In this document: positions 60,498-64,000 of the stretch, piece after piece
How the letters are laid out: each line of letters starts with the position of its first letter
Numbering within the stretch: position 1 is the first letter of the stretch
From: Thalia democratica
Taxonomy: Eukaryota
Direction of reading: 5' to 3'
DNA: 64,000 nucleotides
Assembly (NCBI GenBank): GCA_965202585.1
Contig: OZ241828.1
Span: 72,726,001 to 72,790,000 of the forward strand
Program-made: the position numbers and the translations under genes
The notes under the pieces: model-generated
Seen by the model: only the letters and a program-made list of their open reading frames with translations
What the model was told of the DNA's origin: nothing
The model's database searches: none

Positions 60498-60735
60498 AGT
60501 GCACAATATATGTTGCAACTAACATAAGTCGCATGGGGGCGCAGTACTTCAATCCTAAAAAGCTTAATCTTTTTAGTTAAGGGCAAAATACAAGTTGCAA
60601 CTAACATAAGTCGTATGGGGGCGCAGTATTTCGATGATAAAAAGCACAGTCTTTTAACTCAAGTGCACAATGTTCTTCTGAAGATGTTGCAATTTACATA
60701 AGTCGTCAGGGGACGCAGTATCTTAGTGCAAAATT
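60498..60735 (+). repeat. Three diverged direct repeats, about 85-95 bp apart, with a GC-rich core
   Basis: GTTGCAACTAACATAAGTCG(C/T)ATGGGGGCGCAGTA twice, plus GTTGCAATTTACATAAGTCGTCAGGGGACGCAGTA. Confidence 0.85.
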
Positions 60736-61354
60736 GCATTTTATAAGTTACCAAGAGAGCAAAATATAAATATTTTTCTAAGCATAGAAATGTAAAGTAA
60801 GAACCGCATTAAAATTTAGAATTACAACAGCAGAATAGTTGTTCTCAATAACGTCTGAGTTTTAGCTGATAAAACAAATTTGTCTATTTGTTTACTACTA
60901 CTAGTTTATTGCTTTGGTCTGCTGATTGATTGATCTAAAGTATAGATTGTATTTGTTTTAAATCAGAATGTTGCTGAAGTTTAAAAATATGTTTGAATGA
61001 GTTTTCATCTTTCTTAGTCGTAAAATAGAAAGTCATTTGCCTTATTTTATTACTCGTTTCAAGTTCAAGTATAAAATTGTGTTAAAATTTTTCCGTTGAA
61101 AGAAATCAAAAATAATTTAGCAGCTTGATAATAATAAAAATAATAAATTTCCCTTAAATTTAGCAGTCGTCGCTTGTTAAATAAATTGCTGCGTTTGTAT
61201 CTTTTTGAACGTTGTTTGAAGCAAATAATTGTTTGTCGTTTAACGCAGCTTTTAAGCACACCTAACACCTTACTACTGCATAAAACTTTAAAAGTTTTTT
61301 ATGTTTCTAAGTACGACAATAGACAAAAGACAGTATGAATACTTTGTGTTTATT

Positions 61355-61404
61355 TTGTGACGTCACAATCAAAAATTCCTGCTGTCATTATTTCCAAAGC
61401 CAAT
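61355..61404. promoter_or_regulatory. Palindromic CRE plus CCAAT, promoter-like
   Basis: TTGTGACGTCACAA 61355-61368; CCAAT 61400-61404. Confidence 0.35.
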
Positions 61405-61520
61405 CGATCTGGTGTTTTGCTGATTCAACAAACCAGCTAGAAGACAGAAAGTCAAATGTTTTCTAAAAGAACAAGTCGTTGTCAATGATCCAATTGATGT
61501 GCCATAGCCTCTATTAACCA

Positions 61521-61640
61521 CCAGAGGACAAATAGCCCGAGAACAAGAAGCCCGAGGACAACAAGCCTGAGGACAAGAAGGCTGAGGACAAGAAGGCTGA
61601 GGACAAGAAACCTGAGGACAACAAGCCAGAAGACAACTAA
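61521..61640 (+). repeat. 15-bp coding-type tandem repeat (about 8 units, PEDKK/AEDKK/PEDNK) ending in TAA; probable pseudogene or orphan exon fragment
   Basis: CCA GAG GAC AAA TAG CCC GAG AAC AAG AAG CCC GAG GAC AAC AAG CCT GAG GAC AAG AAG GCT ... GAA GAC AAC TAA; in-frame stops at 61515 and 61533. Confidence 0.7.
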
Positions 61641-61746
61641 ATGACTATCAATTTTACTTACTTTGTCTTTATGTTGTGTTTTATCAAAGTTTTTGTAAAT
61701 TATGTAACTTTTGAGATAATAAGAAATACAATTTATTTTTCTTACT

Positions 61747-63387
61747 TTGTGATCCACCGGATTCAAGTATTCAGATCTGACCATGTCCTTATTGAAAATA
61801 TTATTCCAACTCGGATCCGACAATGTTCTTATTGAAAATTTCATCCCAAATCGGATCCGACCATGTCCTTGTTTGAAAATATTATCCCAAATCGGATCCG
61901 ACCATGTCCTTATTGAAAATATTATCCCTATTCGGATATGACCATGTCCTTATTTGAAAATATCATCCCAGTTCGGATCCGACCATGTCCTTGTTTGAAA
62001 ATATTATCCCAAATCGGATATGACCATGTCCTTATTTGAAAATATTATCCCAGTTCGAATCCGACCATGTCCTTATTTGTAAATATTATCCCAATTCGAA
62101 TCCGACCATGTCCTTATTTGAAAATATCATCCCAATTCGGATCCGACAATGTCCTTATTTGAAAATATTATCCCAATTCGGATCCGACCATGTCCTTATT
62201 TGAAAATGTTATCCCAATTCGGATCCGACCATGTCCTTATTGAAAATATTATCCCAATTCGGATCCGACAATGTTCTTATTGAAAATATCATCCCAAATC
62301 GGATCCGACCATGTCCTTGTTTGAAAATATTATCCCAAATCGGATCCGACCATGTCCTTATTGAAAATATTATCCCTATTCGGATATGACCATGTCCTTA
62401 TTGAAAATATTATTTCAACTCGGATCCGACCATGTCCTTGTTTGAAAATATTATCCCAAATCGGATATGACCATGTCCTTATTTGAAAATATCATCCCAA
62501 TTCGGATCCGACCATGTCCTTATTTGAAAATATTATCCCAAATCGGATCCGACCATGTCCTTATTGAAAATATTATCCCAATTCGGATCCGACAATGTTC
62601 TTATTGAAAATATCATCCCAAATCGGATCCGACCATGTCCTTGTTTGAAAATATTATCCCAAATCGGATCCGACCATGTCCTTATTGAAAATATTATCCC
62701 TATTCGGATATGACCATGTCCTTATTTGAAAATATCATCCCAGTTCGAATCCGACCATGTCCTTATTTGAAAATATTATCCCAATTCGGATCCGACCATG
62801 TCCTTATTTGAAAATATTATCCCAATTCGGATCCGACCATGTCCTTATTGAAAATATTATCCCAATTTGGATATGACCATGTCCTTATTGAAAATATTAT
62901 CCCAATTTGGATATGACCATGTCCTTATTTGAAAATATCATCCCAATTCGGATCCGACCATGTCCTTATTTGAAAATATTATCCCAAATCGGATCCGACC
63001 ATGTCCTTGTTTGAAAATGTTATCCCAAATCGGATCCGACCATGTCCTTGTTTGAAAATGTTATCCCAAATCGGATCCGACCATGTCCTTATTGAAAATA
63101 TTATCCCAATTCGGATCCGACAATGTTCTTATTGAAAATTTCATCCCAAATCGGATCCGACCATGTCCTTGTTTGAAAATATTATCCCAAATCGGATCCG
63201 ACCATGTCCTTATTGAAAATATTATCCCTATTCGGATATGACCATGTCCTTATTTGAAAATATCATCCCAGTTCGAATCCGACCGGATTTTAGATTGAAA
63301 AAATTATCCGGATACGGCCGAATATTATTGTGATAATTTTTTTTGGATTCGGGTCGGTCCGAAATTTGTATATTTGGTAGATCACTA
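61747..63387. mobile_element. Same MITE family, copy carrying the expanded minisatellite
   Basis: ttgtgatccacc...ggtagatcacta; sequence on both sides of the array aligns with 57511-57702. Confidence 0.85.
61779..63280. repeat. Minisatellite, 37 tandem units of 40-41 bp
   Basis: Consensus GACCATGTCCTTAT(T)TGAAAATATTATCCCAA(A/T)TCGGATCC, counted unit by unit; no unique spacers. Confidence 0.97.
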
Positions 63388-64000
63388 GGCTTTTTATACC
63401 TATATTATTGTATAAAGGCTTAGAAAAATCTAGACTGCAAAAGTCTCAACCGCTCTTTAGCGTCTTATTAGTTGTAAAAACACTTTATTTATTGTATTTT
63501 ACAGTTTAAAGGTTACAAAAATAGGTACTAATGTGAAGAATATAATAATGCATATAGGATATGAAAACAAACTTCACAACTTTATAAAAACGAAAGTAAA
63601 AAGTTGAAGCGTATATACTTTACATAGTTTAAAAACTTTAGAAATATCAAGTTTTTTAATATATTTTAATTTGTACTTTTAATAGAATAAAAATAAGAAA
63701 GTTTAGAAATAATTAACAGAAATATTTTTAAAGTGCAGTTTGACAATACTCACATTATTTACAATTTAGCATTATACCATTGTTACTATAAATTAAGTAT
63801 TATGCTTTATTCTAGGTAACTGCGGCCTAAATTTAATTTTCATAAGGAAAATTTCTAGTTCTATGACTTATAAAAGCCTTTGGACTGTTGGTTTAGAGCT
63901 TTTCACTATGATATTTTTTTGTTGGATTGTAAAATAAAACTAAGTATTTATTTAAGGCTCTAATCTCAGCTACATGTATAACCGTACTTACTTATTTATC
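63388..64000 (+). repeat. Direct duplication, copy B (paired with 57703-58316; continues off the window)
   Basis: As for copy A. Confidence 0.92.

Noticed and set aside
61482-61844. 120-aa minus ORF with a hydrophobic LVLSL repeat (apparent membrane protein)
   Set aside because: It starts inside the satellite and is the antisense reading of the 15-bp PEDKK repeat.
62052-62104. tRNA T-loop-like GTTCGAATCC
   Set aside because: It is a variant of the satellite unit (GGATCC to GAATCC); there is no cloverleaf or A-box.
61779-63280. CRISPR array
   Set aside because: The units are contiguous near-identical 40-41 bp repeats with no unique spacers, lie inside a MITE, have no cas genes nearby, and the context is eukaryotic.
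1-64000. Prokaryotic defence or other operon-type system
   Set aside because: Spliceosomal introns, metazoan genes and eukaryotic transposons occur throughout; there are no operons, Shine-Dalgarno-led ORF clusters or bacterial-type genes.

Overview
Very AT-rich, intron-rich genomic DNA from an invertebrate-type animal; the species cannot be determined from the sequence, and nothing here looks prokaryotic. Three protein-coding loci can be built by hand with canonical GT-AG splice sites. (1) A TSPEAR-like gene (laminin-G/TSPN domain plus EAR/EPTP repeats) on the minus strand, 11 exons visible from ATG 9988 to the left edge. (2) A complete 7-exon MAGE/NSMCE3 (Nse3) gene on the plus strand, 42833-48903, 242 aa. 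(3) An unidentified minus-strand gene, 54921-53442, split into two ORFs at an A9 run, with a weak thioredoxin-like N-terminal half. The 11-39 kb intergenic stretch is made of several diverged tandem copies of a non-coding unit. It carries recurring CRE + X-box (RFX) and CCAAT/CRE/forkhead cassettes, which also occur inverted inside TSPEAR introns. Mobile DNA is abundant: hAT and Charlie-like MITEs, a pogo/Tigger relic, a CR1/L2-type LINE 5' fragment, TTAGGG-bearing MITEs, a 2.5-kb foldback palindrome in a MAGE intron, three degenerate Penelope-type hammerhead motifs, and a 37-copy 40-41 bp minisatellite expanded inside a MITE. There is no CRISPR array, tRNA or rRNA. The most interesting signals are the duplicated RFX/CRE promoter-like cassette, splice acceptors 17-19 nt before all three start codons (possible SL trans-splicing), the A9-split ORF, the intronic foldback, and the satellite arising within a MITE. 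All family assignments are from motif recognition, not database searches.
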